Below the pieces are notes generated by a model, which was not told the DNA's origin, ran no database searches, and saw only the letters and a list, made by a program, of their open reading frames with translations. A DNA stretch of 64,000 bases. Origin: Cenarchaeum sp. (GTDB lineage: Archaea; Thermoproteota; Nitrososphaeria; Nitrososphaerales; Nitrosopumilaceae). Shown here piece by piece: positions 1 through 9,263 of this stretch. Position 1 is the stretch's first letter. The number at the start of each line of letters is the position of its first letter. The position numbers and the translations under genes are program-made. The DNA lies in NCBI GenBank assembly GCA_965242695.1, contig CBDESU010000001.1:1344001-1408000 (forward strand), given 5' to 3'.

Positions 1-9
1 AATGGGGGG

Positions 10-1941
10 CTAGCGGGCCGCTTTTGCGCGCTTCGCGCGGCCGCGGCCGGGTTTGCGGCGCGTCCGACTCGACGGCGGCGGCTTGCCCGGCGGCTTGCCC
101 GGCGGCTTGCCCGGCGGCGCCGGCGCCGCCAGGTCGCCGACCGAGGGCCCGTCGAGTGTCGACCACGTCAGCCGCCTTGCGCCGCCCCTCGTGGCTCGGC
201 CTTTACGGCTGCCGCCCCCCTTGTTCCCGCTCTTGCCCTTGCTCTTGCTCTTGCCCTTGCCCTTGCCGCCGCCGCTGTCGGGCGGCTTCACCCGCCTGAC
301 TGTCGAGTTGCCGGCCAGATGCCTCGCCACGCTTCCGCAAAAGTCCAACCCCCTTGCGTTGCAGGTCCGCTCTACGCCGTGGATCACGGCGTGGTCCTCG
401 GCCCCCTCCAGGCTGCGGTTGCCTCCCGTGACCTTGCGTATGGAGACGCTGGGCCTAAAGGGCCGCTCGCCGTCGTTGTTGTGCCAGTCTACGCCGTCCA
501 CCTCAAGGAACGTGCAGATCTTGTTGCGCTCCCTCCTGAGGCGCTTTGCGAACCTCTTGCAGTCGGGATCCGTCCACTCCGTGTCGATCAGCTTGTCGAG
601 GCGCGCCTCCAGGTCCTTCTTGCACTCGAGCCGCTTGCGCTTGGACTTGAACTTGTCGGCGCGCTTGGCGTCCTCTATGATTTTGATCAGCTCCGGGGCC
701 ATCTTCTCGGTGAACTCGGCTCCGGGGCCCTTGTACCTGAGCGTCCGGTCGATCTCGCGCGAGTAGTGCTGGAGGCACACCTGCTCGGCCGTTCCGATGC
801 CGTTGGTAGCGCCGTACGAGTCCTTGCACACGGTGCCCTCGAACCCCTCGAGGTACCTGCGCGGGACCTCGGAGCCGCGGCTCGCCTCGATCGCAAGCAC
901 GACGGTCCACTTCGTCACAAAGTCCCACAGCCACACCATCTGCCCGTTGATCCACCACCGCGTCTCGTCGACGTTGACGACGCCGGACGCGCGCACCTGC
1001 CGCACAAACTCCTCGCGCAGTGGCCCCAGGTGCTTTGCCACGCGGTGGAAGGCGCGCGTCAGGTCGTCCTCGTCTATCCTGATGCCCAGGAGGGCGGCGA
1101 GGAGGTACCTGGCCTTTCCATAGGTCAGGCCGCTCACCCGGAAGGCGGCCAGGGTCACGTCCGTGCGCAGGCTGAACCGGCTGTTCGGCAGGGCGATCGG
1201 CGACCATGCCGTGTGCATCTTCTTGTGGAGGGGGCACCACCTGCGAATCTTGAATGTCAGGATCTTGTTGCGCAGCACCTCCATGTCGACGACGGTCTGC
1301 TTGACCGATTCCACGGGATCCGACAGGGGCGTGGAGCCGTCCACGGGGCACACCTTCTGGTCTATCTCGTACGCCTCGTCGATCGGCTGGTCGGGATCCG
1401 CAAGAAACTCGCTCAGGGTCGGGAGCCCCTCCTCGCCCGGCTTTGCCCCGCCCATGTGGGGGTTCGACAGGGGGGTGAATACCTGCCCCTTTTCGTCCTG
1501 CCCCTTGCCGCCCCCCTTGCCCTTGCCGCCCTGCCCCTTTTCGTCCTGCCCCTTGCCCTTGCCGCCCTGCCCCTTTTCGTCCTGCCCCTTGCCCTTGCCG
1601 CCCTTCTTTTTCCCCGATGCGGATCCGTCCCTTTTTGAGCGCCCCCTCCCCCTTGCATGCATTCCCAGCATCTCCGCCGCTAGGGCGGAGTTGGTCCTGC
1701 GCGCCTCATTCAGATCCCCTTCTAGGCCGGCCGCACGGTCCATAAGCTTTGTCACCGTTTCCACCAGATCTTTCTTGTCGCCCTCCGCCTTTTTTACGCG
1801 TTTGTCGAGCCTGGCTACGGTCCCCTCCAAACGCTTGTTCCTGCTCTGGATCTCCCTGTACCCGGCCAGCAGCTCGGCTTTCGTCCACTGCTCGGGCGGC
1901 CCCTGCGGCTCCTTCCACCGCCGGGCCCCGTCTCTCGCCAA
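10..1941 (-). CDS. IS66-family DDE transposase (TnpC-like, single-ORF element)
   Basis: IS66 motifs VNVDETRW, CKDSYG, QVCLQHYSRE and HNNDGERPFR; N-terminal coiled coil and C/H Zn-ribbon. Start placed at TTG 1941, ~25 nt below a TTAATATA box (1967-1974). The ORF-track start at 2067 probably over-extends. Confidence 0.9.
   Translation of the reverse strand: MARDGARRWKEPQGPPEQWTKAELLAGYREIQSRNKRLEGTVARLDKRVKKAEGDKKDLVETVTKLMDRAAGLEGDLNEARRTNSALAAEMLGMHARGRGRSKRDGSASGKKKGGKGKGQDEKGQGGKGKGQDEKGQGGKGKGGGKGQDEKGQVFTPLSNPHMGGAKPGEEGLPTLSEFLADPDQPIDEAYEIDQKVCPVDGSTPLSDPVESVKQTVVDMEVLRNKILTFKIRRWCPLHKKMHTAWSPIALPNSRFSLRTDVTLAAFRVSGLTYGKARYLLAALLGIRIDEDDLTRAFHRVAKHLGPLREEFVRQVRASGVVNVDETRWWINGQMVWLWDFVTKWTVVLAIEASRGSEVPRRYLEGFEGTVCKDSYGATNGIGTAEQVCLQHYSREIDRTLRYKGPGAEFTEKMAPELIKIIEDAKRADKFKSKRKRLECKKDLEARLDKLIDTEWTDPDCKRFAKRLRRERNKICTFLEVDGVDWHNNDGERPFRPSVSIRKVTGGNRSLEGAEDHAVIHGVERTCNARGLDFCGSVARHLAGNSTVRRVKPPDSGGGKGKGKSKSKGKSGNKGGGSRKGRATRGGARRLTWSTLDGPSVGDLAAPAPPGKPPGKPPGKPPPSSRTRRKPGRGRAKRAKAAR
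1483..1603. repeat. Coding tandem repeat (GKGKGQDEKGQ-like, ~3 copies) inside the IS66 transposase
   Basis: Repeated ctgccccttttcgtcctgccccttgcc units. A 12-bp PPGK repeat (x3) also lies at ~75-118. Confidence 0.85.
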
Positions 1942-2141
1942 GATCCGCCGTCCGGGCCCACGGGGATATATTAACATGCCTAAATGCGATCGCGCCTTCG
2001 GATGCGGCGCTATACGCGCTGGCACTGCGCCGAGGCGCCAAGTCGTCCCAAGACACCGCCGTGCCACGCGCCCCCTGCCTGCGCCGGCCCCCTGCCTTGT
2101 TGCGATCGGGCAAAAACCACTTCAAAAACCGGGATAGTTAC

Positions 2142-3077
2142 GCCGTGTCGCTTCTTGACGTGCTCATAGTACTTCTTCAGGTGGTCGTCGTAGCGGACTG
2201 CCACTGATGCCACCTGAATCATTATCCAGTTGAGCTTGCGGTTAACGTCGAGCTTTTTCATGCCGCCATGGCGTAGAGAGTCTCCCGACTGGTGCACGCT
2301 TGGGCACATGCCTACCGTCGAGATAATCTTCTTGGGATCCGAGAATCGATCTATGCCGTCCAGCTCTGCTGAAATCAGCAGCGCAGAGTACGCGTCGACG
2401 CCAGTCATGCTGACGATCCGGCGCACCGTCGGGGCAAACTTTGAGTTTGCCGCCTCGCGGAGAACATCCCTCTCTGCAAGGCCGATCTCGCGGTTGAAGA
2501 ACTCTAGCTGCTTGACGAGGCGCTGGATGTTCGTGTTGTCGACGTGGTTGCCTAGCGTTGTGCCGCGGAGCTGGGTAATGGCTTTGTTCGAGTAGATCTT
2601 GGTCGCTTTTAGGCGTACATCGTACTTTACGAGCAGGGCGCGAAGCCTGTTGCAGACCTTCGTCCTGTCCTGTACGAGTGCGATGATGGCGCGCATCATG
2701 TCCCTCAGCGCGCGCGTCTCCTGGTCGCCCAGGTGGCACGCCGGAAAGGCGTCGCGCCTTAGCAGATCCGCGATCTTTTCGGCATCGTTCTTGTCGTTCT
2801 TGTTGGAGCTCATCCATATGATCCGCATCTTGTACGGACTGCCAAGCTTGAACTCCACATTCTCCTTCGCGCACATGTCGCACAACTTTGCCCACATGTA
2901 CCCCGTGGCCTCGCAGCCGACGACGAACTTGCCGTGCTCCCTGCGCGCTGCCTTGAGGAACCTGCGTGTGCCCTCGGCCGTGTTGCCAAACATGGCGCGG
3001 TCGAGAACCTTGCCCTTGCGGTCCATGATGCATGCATGGTTGGTCTCTTTAGCGATGTCTATTCCAATATATTTCAC
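2142..3077 (-). pseudogene. IS110-family (DEDD) transposase, C-terminus interrupted by IS66
   Basis: Motifs YIGIDIAK, GCEATG, KNDKNDAEKIA and GMCPSVHQSG. GTG start at 3077 with GGTGA upstream. After ...EHVKKRHG the frame reads into the IS66 end. Confidence 0.9.
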
Positions 3078-3285
3078 ATTATCACCCCCTTTATCATACG
3101 TGTGGTCGGTCGTAAGCTGCACTCACCTATCAGGGCTCTACGGCCCAGTAACACAGCAGTTCGGACTGCCCCATTCAAGCATGAGGGCTCTGTTGGCCCA
3201 TGCCGTTTGAGGGGTCGCTCGACCACAGGCCGGCGCGCCCCAGGGGGTTTACATGGGTTCAAGCATGGGGCAGGAGCTGCTAAAG
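3078..3285 (-). ncRNA. Putative IS110 bridge/seek-type non-coding RNA
   Basis: About 200 nt of non-coding sequence between a TTTATA box (3303-3308, minus) and the transposase start. Inverted repeat CTGCCCCAT...ATGGGGCAG and direct repeat CATGCTTGAA. IS110 elements are known to encode guide RNAs in their non-coding ends. Confidence 0.5.
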
Positions 3286-3515
3286 GTGGGCCTCTGCAAC
3301 CATATAAACGACGATGCACTGGCCAAAGGCTGCACGCCGACCCTGGCGGTCGCCGGCGAAGGATGGGCGGGCAGCAAGCGGCGCCGTGGGAGAAAAGGCG
3401 GCAGGTGCGTAGAGGTGCCAGCCAGGACGAGGGGGATCGGGCAGGGTCAAAGCGACACGCAAGCCTGCCTAGGCAAGGGCCGCCTTACCTTGGCCCATAG
3501 TTGTGACACAAGGCG

Positions 3516-3550
3516 CGAGCGCGCCGAGGCGCCGGCACTGCCCGCGTAGC
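3516..3550 (+). repeat. 35-bp direct repeat, copy 1 (second copy 7193-7227; encodes ERAEAPALPA*)
   Basis: cgagcgcgccgaggcgccggcactgcccgcgtagc is identical at both positions. Confidence 0.9.
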
Positions 3551-4572
3551 CGGCCGCGCTCCGAACTAGGACCGGGGCCTCGCGGCCGGCGGATCTCCCC
3601 GCGCGCCGGAAAGCGAAGACGGGCTGGTGCGATAATTGCGGCCGTCTTGCCGCCCCCCTCCCCCCCCTCCGCGGCCGCCCACGCAGGGCACTTTTGGGAT
3701 CCTGTCCCGCGTCGGGCCGCCCGCAAGAGACATATCCGGCATGGCGTGCCGCGCGGCATTGCACGCGGCACATGGAACAGGGGCGGCGCGCCGGGCGGTT
3801 GCCCTGTGCGGCCCGGCCCGAATCCGAAGGGCCCGCGGGTGCGCCGTGCCCGCCGTCCGACACGGCACCCGCCACCATGCGGCGCCGGCAGGGCGCGCGC
3901 GGAGGGGGCAGGGCGGCGCCCTGCCCGCAGGGGCGGCGCCCGGCCCGCCCCACGGAGGCAGGTTCTGTTGACGTTCCTAGCAATGGGCCGCGCAAAGGAA
4001 TGCATCGTGGCGCTCTCGGACCGCATGGAGAGCGTCAGTCATTCCCATCCCAACGAAGTGACAAAGTACGATCTGAGCGACGCGGGTGAATACTACATAG
4101 CCCTTTCGGGCGACGGGAAGACGGCAGGCGGCCTGCTAAGCAGGCTGAGGCTCCGCCAGCCCTCGGGAGCCGGCGTCCTCGGGGAGATCGACAGGATATC
4201 TGCCGAACTGTTCGCAATGGAGCTGAGGGGGCAGGTGGCCGGCCACCTGATCGTGGCAGGCGGCGGCGAGTTCAGGGCGTACACCATTGCCGTCGTATCC
4301 GGCATCGCAGTGTACGTCCAGAACAACGATCCCATCCACATGGAAGGCGACACAAGGGCGGCCGCCGTTTGCAGGAACCTTGCGCTGGACATGCCCCTGG
4401 CGGACATGCCCTGCGAGACCGCCGTCAAGTGCCTGCATTCCATGGCGGGCCGCATTGCAGAGACGGTCGACAGCGTGGGGGACGGCGGCAAGCATGGCGA
4501 GGGCCCCCGTAGAGTGAGAACGATCGGAATGGGAGGGGTTAAGAGCCCCGGGGGCGCCGGGGAGGCGAAAAA

Positions 4573-4890
4573 ATGACGCACAAGCGGTGGACCGCCAAGG
4601 AGCGGGTGGACATAGTGGTCGAGTACCTCTCGACGAACATCGGCGTGGCCGGGATATGCCGCAAGTACGGCCTCTCGCCAACCACGTTCGACAACTGGCG
4701 CAAGAGGTTCATGGACGCGGGCAAGAGGGAGCTTGCCGGCATAGGAGGCAACGGCAGGAGCGATCCTGCAAAGGCGCTGGCCAAGGAGAACGAGTCGCTC
4801 AAGATCGTCGTCGGCGAGCTGACCTTGGTCAATGCCGAGTTAAAAAAAAGCTGGGAGTTGAGGAGAGGGCGAGCGCGGTCAAGAGGATAG
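4573..4890 (+). CDS. IS3-family transposase OrfA (HTH)
   Basis: KRWTAKERVDIVVE...VAGICRKYGLSPTTFDNWRKRF, an HTH_Tnp_1-like motif followed by a leucine zipper. A8G slippery site at 4842-4850. Confidence 0.9.
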   Translation: MTHKRWTAKERVDIVVEYLSTNIGVAGICRKYGLSPTTFDNWRKRFMDAGKRELAGIGGNGRSDPAKALAKENESLKIVVGELTLVNAELKKSWELRRGRARSRG

Positions 4891-5726
4891 CGGAGGGCAA
4901 GGTGAGCCTGACCCGGGCGCTAAAGTACTGCGGCGTCTCGCGCCAGGCGTACTACTACAAGAAGAGGCCCGTCAAGAGGGACATCGACATGGCCGTCGCA
5001 AAGGCCGTGACCCGCATATCCTCGGAGAGGCCCACCTACGGGACGAGGATGATCGCGCACACCGCATCGTACGAGATGCGGCGCCGGGTCAACCGCAAGA
5101 AGGTGGTGCGAATATGCGACATCTTGGAGATAAAAGGGCCAAAAATGACGAAAAAACAGGCGATTCGGGCTGCAAAGGCGCGGAAACCGCAGTTCTTCCC
5201 CACGGCGCCGTACCAGCTGCTCGAGACGGACATTACGTATATAGACTGCGGCGTCGACGGGTGGTGCTACTGCTTCAACGTGTTCGACGTGTTCACGCGC
5301 CGCTGGCTTGGATACGTGTTCTCGACGTCTGCCCAGGCGTCGTCGGCCGTCCAGTCGGTGACCGAGGTCGTGGCGGAGCTGCGGCCCGAGCGGGTCAAGG
5401 GGATCCGCGTGCGCTGCGACAACGGCTCGCAGTACAGGAGCGGCGAGTTCAGGGCGGCGATGAAGGTCCTCGGCCTCGTCGTCGAGTACATCTGGGTCAG
5501 CACCCCCCAGCAGAACGGCCACATCGAGTCGTTCCACAACACGCTCAAGCGCGACTACGTCCGCCCGCACGACTTTGAGAGCTTCCAGGAGGCCGAGAAG
5601 TACCTGGCCTACGCCTTCAAGGACTACAACGCCAACAGGGTCCACTCGTCGATCGGGTGGCTGCCGCCCGACGAGTTCTTCAGGCTCTGGGAAAGAGACA
5701 ATAAGGAGGGGGAGGGGCCGGCATGA
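4842..5726 (+). CDS. IS3-family transposase OrfB (DDE integrase core), expressed by -1 frameshift
   Basis: Motifs LETDITYI, RCDNGSQY and TPQQNGHIESFHNTLKRD; -1 frame relative to OrfA. Confidence 0.9.
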   Translation, partial: KKKLGVEERASAVKRIAEGKVSLTRALKYCGVSRQAYYYKKRPVKRDIDMAVAKAVTRISSERPTYGTRMIAHTASYEMRRRVNRKKVVRICDILEIKGPKMTKKQAIRAAKARKPQFFPTAPYQLLETDITYIDCGVDGWCYCFNVFDVFTRRWLGYVFSTSAQASSAVQSVTEVVAELRPERVKGIRVRCDNGSQYRSGEFRAAMKVLGLVVEYIWVSTPQQNGHIESFHNTLKRDYVRPHDFESFQEAEKYLAYAFKDYNANRVHSSIGWLPPDEFFRLWERDNKEGEGPA

Positions 5727-5945
5727 CGATGGCGGCGATCGGGCGCCAGACCCCCCCAAAAATGACCTCAAAATCGTTCTCAATCTGGGGGGGCCACATC
5801 AAGCACGGGTTCGACGTGGTCGTGTTTTCAAAGTCTGGAGCGGTGACGGAGCTTCGGCGGCGCACTGACAGGATGGGATCGATCCGCGCCCGCTTCAAGG
5901 CGTCCGACACGGGGTCGCTGCTCGGCCCGGACGGGGTGGCATAGC

Positions 5946-7226
5946 ATGGACGACATGGCCTACGAGGCCGCAAGGGCCGCGATATCAGAAAAGGACGACG
6001 CGTACTTTGCGGCGCACGGGCTGGTCGATCTCCTCTCCAACGCCGGATTGGAGGCAGGCCCCGGCGCGATCCTCGCACTGGCGCGGCGCCTGGCAGCGGA
6101 CGACACGTATGTGTTCCTCTCCCCCATCTCGGCCGGCCTGCGCGAGGCCGTCTCGGACGACGACGGATTTGCGCGCGTCGTCAGCGGCGTGGCCGCCACG
6201 GTGCGCCGCGACGTGTTCGTGCGGCCGCTGGTGGACGCGCTGGTTGGAATGGGAAAGGACAGCCCGTCGACGGCCGCCGCCGCGGCGGCGCGCCTGGCCG
6301 GGCTGGGCGACTCCGACTTTGCGGCGCTCATGATCGGCGGGGCCTACGAAGGGGCCGGCACCGAGTGCGATGCCATGATCGAACGGCTATTCTCGCCGGG
6401 AAGGCCCAGGGATGCGGCCGCCGCGGTGCGGGCCCTCAGGATAGCTAGGTCCGAGCACGGCTCGCCGGATGCGGGGCGCATCAGGGCCGCCGTCGGGCGC
6501 GCACTGGCCCACGACGATGCAGAGGTGCAGGAGGAGGCCATGGAGGCCCTCGTGGACGTCTACCGCGGGGGCGATGCCGCCGCTGAGGGCATGATCGAGT
6601 CGCTGGTCGCCGAGCGCCACCATTCTCGCCCCGCCCTGGCCGCCCACATCTTTGCAGACTCGCCGTTTGACGACGACAAGAGCCTGCGCTACCTGAGGGC
6701 CTGCATGGGGCACAAGAGCGGCCGATCCGTGATGCACAGCGCATACTGCGCCCTGGCAAAGATGGCCGGGAGGAGGCCCGGCGACGTCGCCAGGATGCTC
6801 GTGTGGATGTTCGGCAGCGGCTGGCACGACGGCGCGTGGGCGAGTCTGGTACTGGACGAGCTTGGGAAGAGGGGCGCTCCGGCCGCGGTCGCCGCCATCC
6901 TGGAGGTGCTGCAGCGGCCGCACGACGGCAGGCTCGACAAGTACCTAGAGCCGGCCGTGGAGCGCATCGCGCGGAACGCCGGCCGCGGCGAGGTGGCAGA
7001 GATGGTGCTGCGCGCGATCGACGATAGGCCGCCCGAACGGGACCCCTGCCTGCGCATCCTGTCCCTGCTCGCGCGGGAGGACTGGCGGAACGGGGGCAGT
7101 TCCGAGTTTCTCGAGGGGATAATGTCGCGCCTGTGCGCGCGCCCTGCGGTTCCGGAGGGAGAAGGTGCGGAAGCGGGCGGCGAGCGCATCCCCGAGCGCG
7201 CCGAGGCGCCGGCACTGCCCGCGTAG
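5946..7226 (+). CDS. Hypothetical alpha-helical (HEAT/ARM-like) protein, 426 aa
   Basis: Starts 1 nt after the Ntn gene stop. Ala/Leu-rich amphipathic helices such as LAHDDAEVQEEAMEALVDV. Confidence 0.7.
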   Translation: MDDMAYEAARAAISEKDDAYFAAHGLVDLLSNAGLEAGPGAILALARRLAADDTYVFLSPISAGLREAVSDDDGFARVVSGVAATVRRDVFVRPLVDALVGMGKDSPSTAAAAAARLAGLGDSDFAALMIGGAYEGAGTECDAMIERLFSPGRPRDAAAAVRALRIARSEHGSPDAGRIRAAVGRALAHDDAEVQEEAMEALVDVYRGGDAAAEGMIESLVAERHHSRPALAAHIFADSPFDDDKSLRYLRACMGHKSGRSVMHSAYCALAKMAGRRPGDVARMLVWMFGSGWHDGAWASLVLDELGKRGAPAAVAAILEVLQRPHDGRLDKYLEPAVERIARNAGRGEVAEMVLRAIDDRPPERDPCLRILSLLAREDWRNGGSSEFLEGIMSRLCARPAVPEGEGAEAGGERIPERAEAPALPA

Positions 7227-7262
7227 CGCGCCCCGCCGAAGCACTGGCACCCGCGCGCAGAG

Positions 7263-7847
7263 TCACGGCAGGGCGGGCGGAGCAGGCAGGGGATCCCCGC
7301 CCTGTACGGCCCACGCCTCCTCCGACGCCTCGCCGGCATCCGCCACGTGGCCGGCGGGGCGCGGCTCGTGCTTTACGCCGGCGAACCACACCTCCGATGC
7401 CTCGCCGGCCTTTGCCATGCGGCCGACAGGCGAGTCGAGGAGCGCCGCATACGCATCGCGGTCGGCGCGCATGTACGCCTCTTCTGCGGCCCGCAGCCCG
7501 GCGGCCTCGCCGCCGGATACGCCGCCGTCGGCCGCGGCGGCCCGCAGTTCAGCCGCATACTCCTCGGCGGCCAGTGCAGCTTGCCGGCTGGCGGCCATCA
7601 AGGCCCCGTACTCGCCGGGATCGCCGGGCCAGCCCGGCGGCATGCCGGAGTCGAATGCCAGAATGTCGGCACGGGCTGCCGCGGCGGCCTCTTCGTATGC
7701 CGCGGCCTCGTCCAGCGCCAGGCGCGCCTCGTCCGTCATGTGCCCCGTCGGATCCAGCGCCCCGCCCCACACGGCAAGGCCCGCTAGCGCGCCCATTGTG
7801 GCACCGAGGGCGCCGACGGCGGCCAGTCCAGCGTAGGGTTTTCTCAC
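7263..7847 (-). CDS. Hypothetical secreted/membrane-anchored protein
   Basis: GTG start ~25 nt below TTAATA (7871-7876); N-terminal hydrophobic segment; acidic Ala-rich helices. Confidence 0.55.
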   Translation of the reverse strand: MRKPYAGLAAVGALGATMGALAGLAVWGGALDPTGHMTDEARLALDEAAAYEEAAAAARADILAFDSGMPPGWPGDPGEYGALMAASRQAALAAEEYAAELRAAAADGGVSGGEAAGLRAAEEAYMRADRDAYAALLDSPVGRMAKAGEASEVWFAGVKHEPRPAGHVADAGEASEEAWAVQGGDPLPAPPALP

Positions 7848-7936
7848 TGCGGCGGCCCACACACGGCCGGTATTAACGGCGCCGCATGCGGGGCCACGGG
7901 CCCAGCGGTTTTATAGGCGCCGCGCGGGCGGGCGGC

Positions 7937-8293
7937 GTGCAGTACTTTGCGGCCCTGCGGAGGGGGCAGAAGAGGATTGCCGCCTCGCGCGAGTACCTCG
8001 ACGGGGTGGCCGGCGGGGGCGGCGGCAGGGCGATGCCGGCGTTTGCCCTCAAGGACAGGGCGGGGGGATCCTGGGAGCCGGTCGGCGAGGAGGACATGTA
8101 CGCGTTCGTCGACGAGTCGTCGGGGTTTGTCCTGACGGACACGAGTGGGTACATACTGGCCATCGTCGACTCTGACGGGTTCTCAAAGGCGATAGTGCAG
8201 GGGGTGGCGGCCGGGCAGCGCGCGCGCATAGAGGCGGCGCTGCGGGCCGACGGCGTGCCCGAGTTTCGCGGCAAGGTCGTGCTGCCGTCGTAG
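7937..8293 (+). CDS. Conserved thaumarchaeal hypothetical protein (MQYFAALRRGQKRI...)
   Basis: TTTATA box at ~7910-7915, GTG at 7937, globular composition (WEPVGEEDMYAFVDESSGFVLTD). Confidence 0.75.
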   Translation: MQYFAALRRGQKRIAASREYLDGVAGGGGGRAMPAFALKDRAGGSWEPVGEEDMYAFVDESSGFVLTDTSGYILAIVDSDGFSKAIVQGVAAGQRARIEAALRADGVPEFRGKVVLPS

Positions 8294-8444
8294 CCGGGGG
8301 AGGGCGGCGCACAGGCGGCCGGGGCGCCCAGCGGCGCGCCGCATCCGCGGATGTGCATCATATGGGGCGCCCAGGACGCGCCGGCGGGGATCGCGCTCGA
8401 TCGGCGCCGGATCGCTCATATTGAGCACGGATTCCCTGCGCGGC

Positions 8445-9179
8445 ATGCAGGCGGCGGGGCCGGGGCGGCGGGAGGAAGGCAGAGTCAGGGCGAGCGGCGG
8501 CAGGGCGGCCGGGGCGGCGCCAGCCGACGGCGTTGCAGAGTTCAGGGAGATGTTCGTCTCGCTAGTCGATCCGGCAGGCCTGCTCGACATGGAGGCGTGC
8601 CGCAGGACGGCCGCCAGTATGGAAGAGGCGGCGTCAAGGTCGGGGTATGAGGCCGGCGCCAGGATGGCGTCCATCCTGTCCGACATGTTTGCCGCCACGG
8701 ACGACATTGCGGGCAGGCCCGTCGAGGACGGGTCGCTGGGCCACACATGGGTGGCTCACGGATTCATCATGGGCGTGCTGTACGACACTGCAGAGGCGTA
8801 CAGGGACGGCAGGGATGTGGAGCCGATCGGCGAGCTGGAGAATGCAAGGGCCGCGGTTGAGATCCAGAGGTCCAAGGCCAACAGGTACCGCGACCAGCTG
8901 AGGGCCGCAGGCGGGCCGCCCGGCGCGAGCCTCCCCGGTATCGAAAGGATGCACGTGGGCATGCTATGCAGGGGCGTGGTGAGAGAGGGGCAGGAAAAGG
9001 CGCGAGCGCGACAGAGGGAGTGGGGGCACGATCCCGTGTTTCCGCCAAAGGCAAAGGCTCCCGACGAGTTGTGCAAAGAGTGCAGGGACGGCATATCTGC
9101 CACCGCGATACTGGAGATGATGAGGGGCAACATCCCCGACGGGTACGAGCTGGTGCGGGTTGGCAATGGCGGCGGGTAG
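8445..9179 (+). CDS. Uncharacterised paralog family member A (HPt-like helical N-domain, C-terminal CxxC, ...IPDGYELVRV)
   Basis: Highly similar to 9264-9992 and 29388-30125; TCATA box ~25 nt upstream. Confidence 0.8.
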   Translation: MQAAGPGRREEGRVRASGGRAAGAAPADGVAEFREMFVSLVDPAGLLDMEACRRTAASMEEAASRSGYEAGARMASILSDMFAATDDIAGRPVEDGSLGHTWVAHGFIMGVLYDTAEAYRDGRDVEPIGELENARAAVEIQRSKANRYRDQLRAAGGPPGASLPGIERMHVGMLCRGVVREGQEKARARQREWGHDPVFPPKAKAPDELCKECRDGISATAILEMMRGNIPDGYELVRVGNGGG

Positions 9180-9263
9180 CAAGGCGGATGCGACGCGCCG
9201 GCCCGAACCGCATCAGATCGGCATAAAGAAGGGGTCATAAGGGGCACAGATGCCCCCCGCGCC

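Larger units (their letters stand above)
1..2141 (-). mobile_element. IS66-family insertion sequence (left end at 2141; right end outside the window)
   Basis: Minus strand begins GTAACTATCCCGGTTTTTG at 2141, and IS66 termini typically start GTAA. This is exactly where the IS110 transposase sequence stops looking like IS110. Confidence 0.75.
4495..5801 (+). mobile_element. IS3-family insertion sequence (1,307 bp)
   Basis: 5'-TG...CA-3' ends; imperfect IRs (TGGCGAGGGCCCCCGTAGAGTGAGAACGAT versus reverse complement TGATGTGGCCCCCCCAGATTGAGAACGAT); AGCA TSD at 4491-4494 and 5802-5805. Confidence 0.9.
3968..5944 (+). pseudogene. Proteasome-beta/HslV-like Ntn hydrolase, split by the IS3 insertion (reconstituted ~221 aa)
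   Basis: TTG start then T1-FLAMGRAKECIVALS-D17...K32...S46-G47. Removing IS 4495-5801 and one AGCA TSD restores an in-frame 666-nt ORF (...VDSVGDGGKH|GFDVVVFSKSG...). Confidence 0.75.

Noticed and set aside
2010-2141. C-terminal 43 aa of the IS110 ORF
   Set aside because: Read-through into the IS66 terminus, not transposase sequence.
3503-3967. N-terminal extension of the 357-aa ORF
   Set aside because: Low-complexity GC-rich sequence; the Thr1 register and an upstream GGAGG favour TTG 3968.
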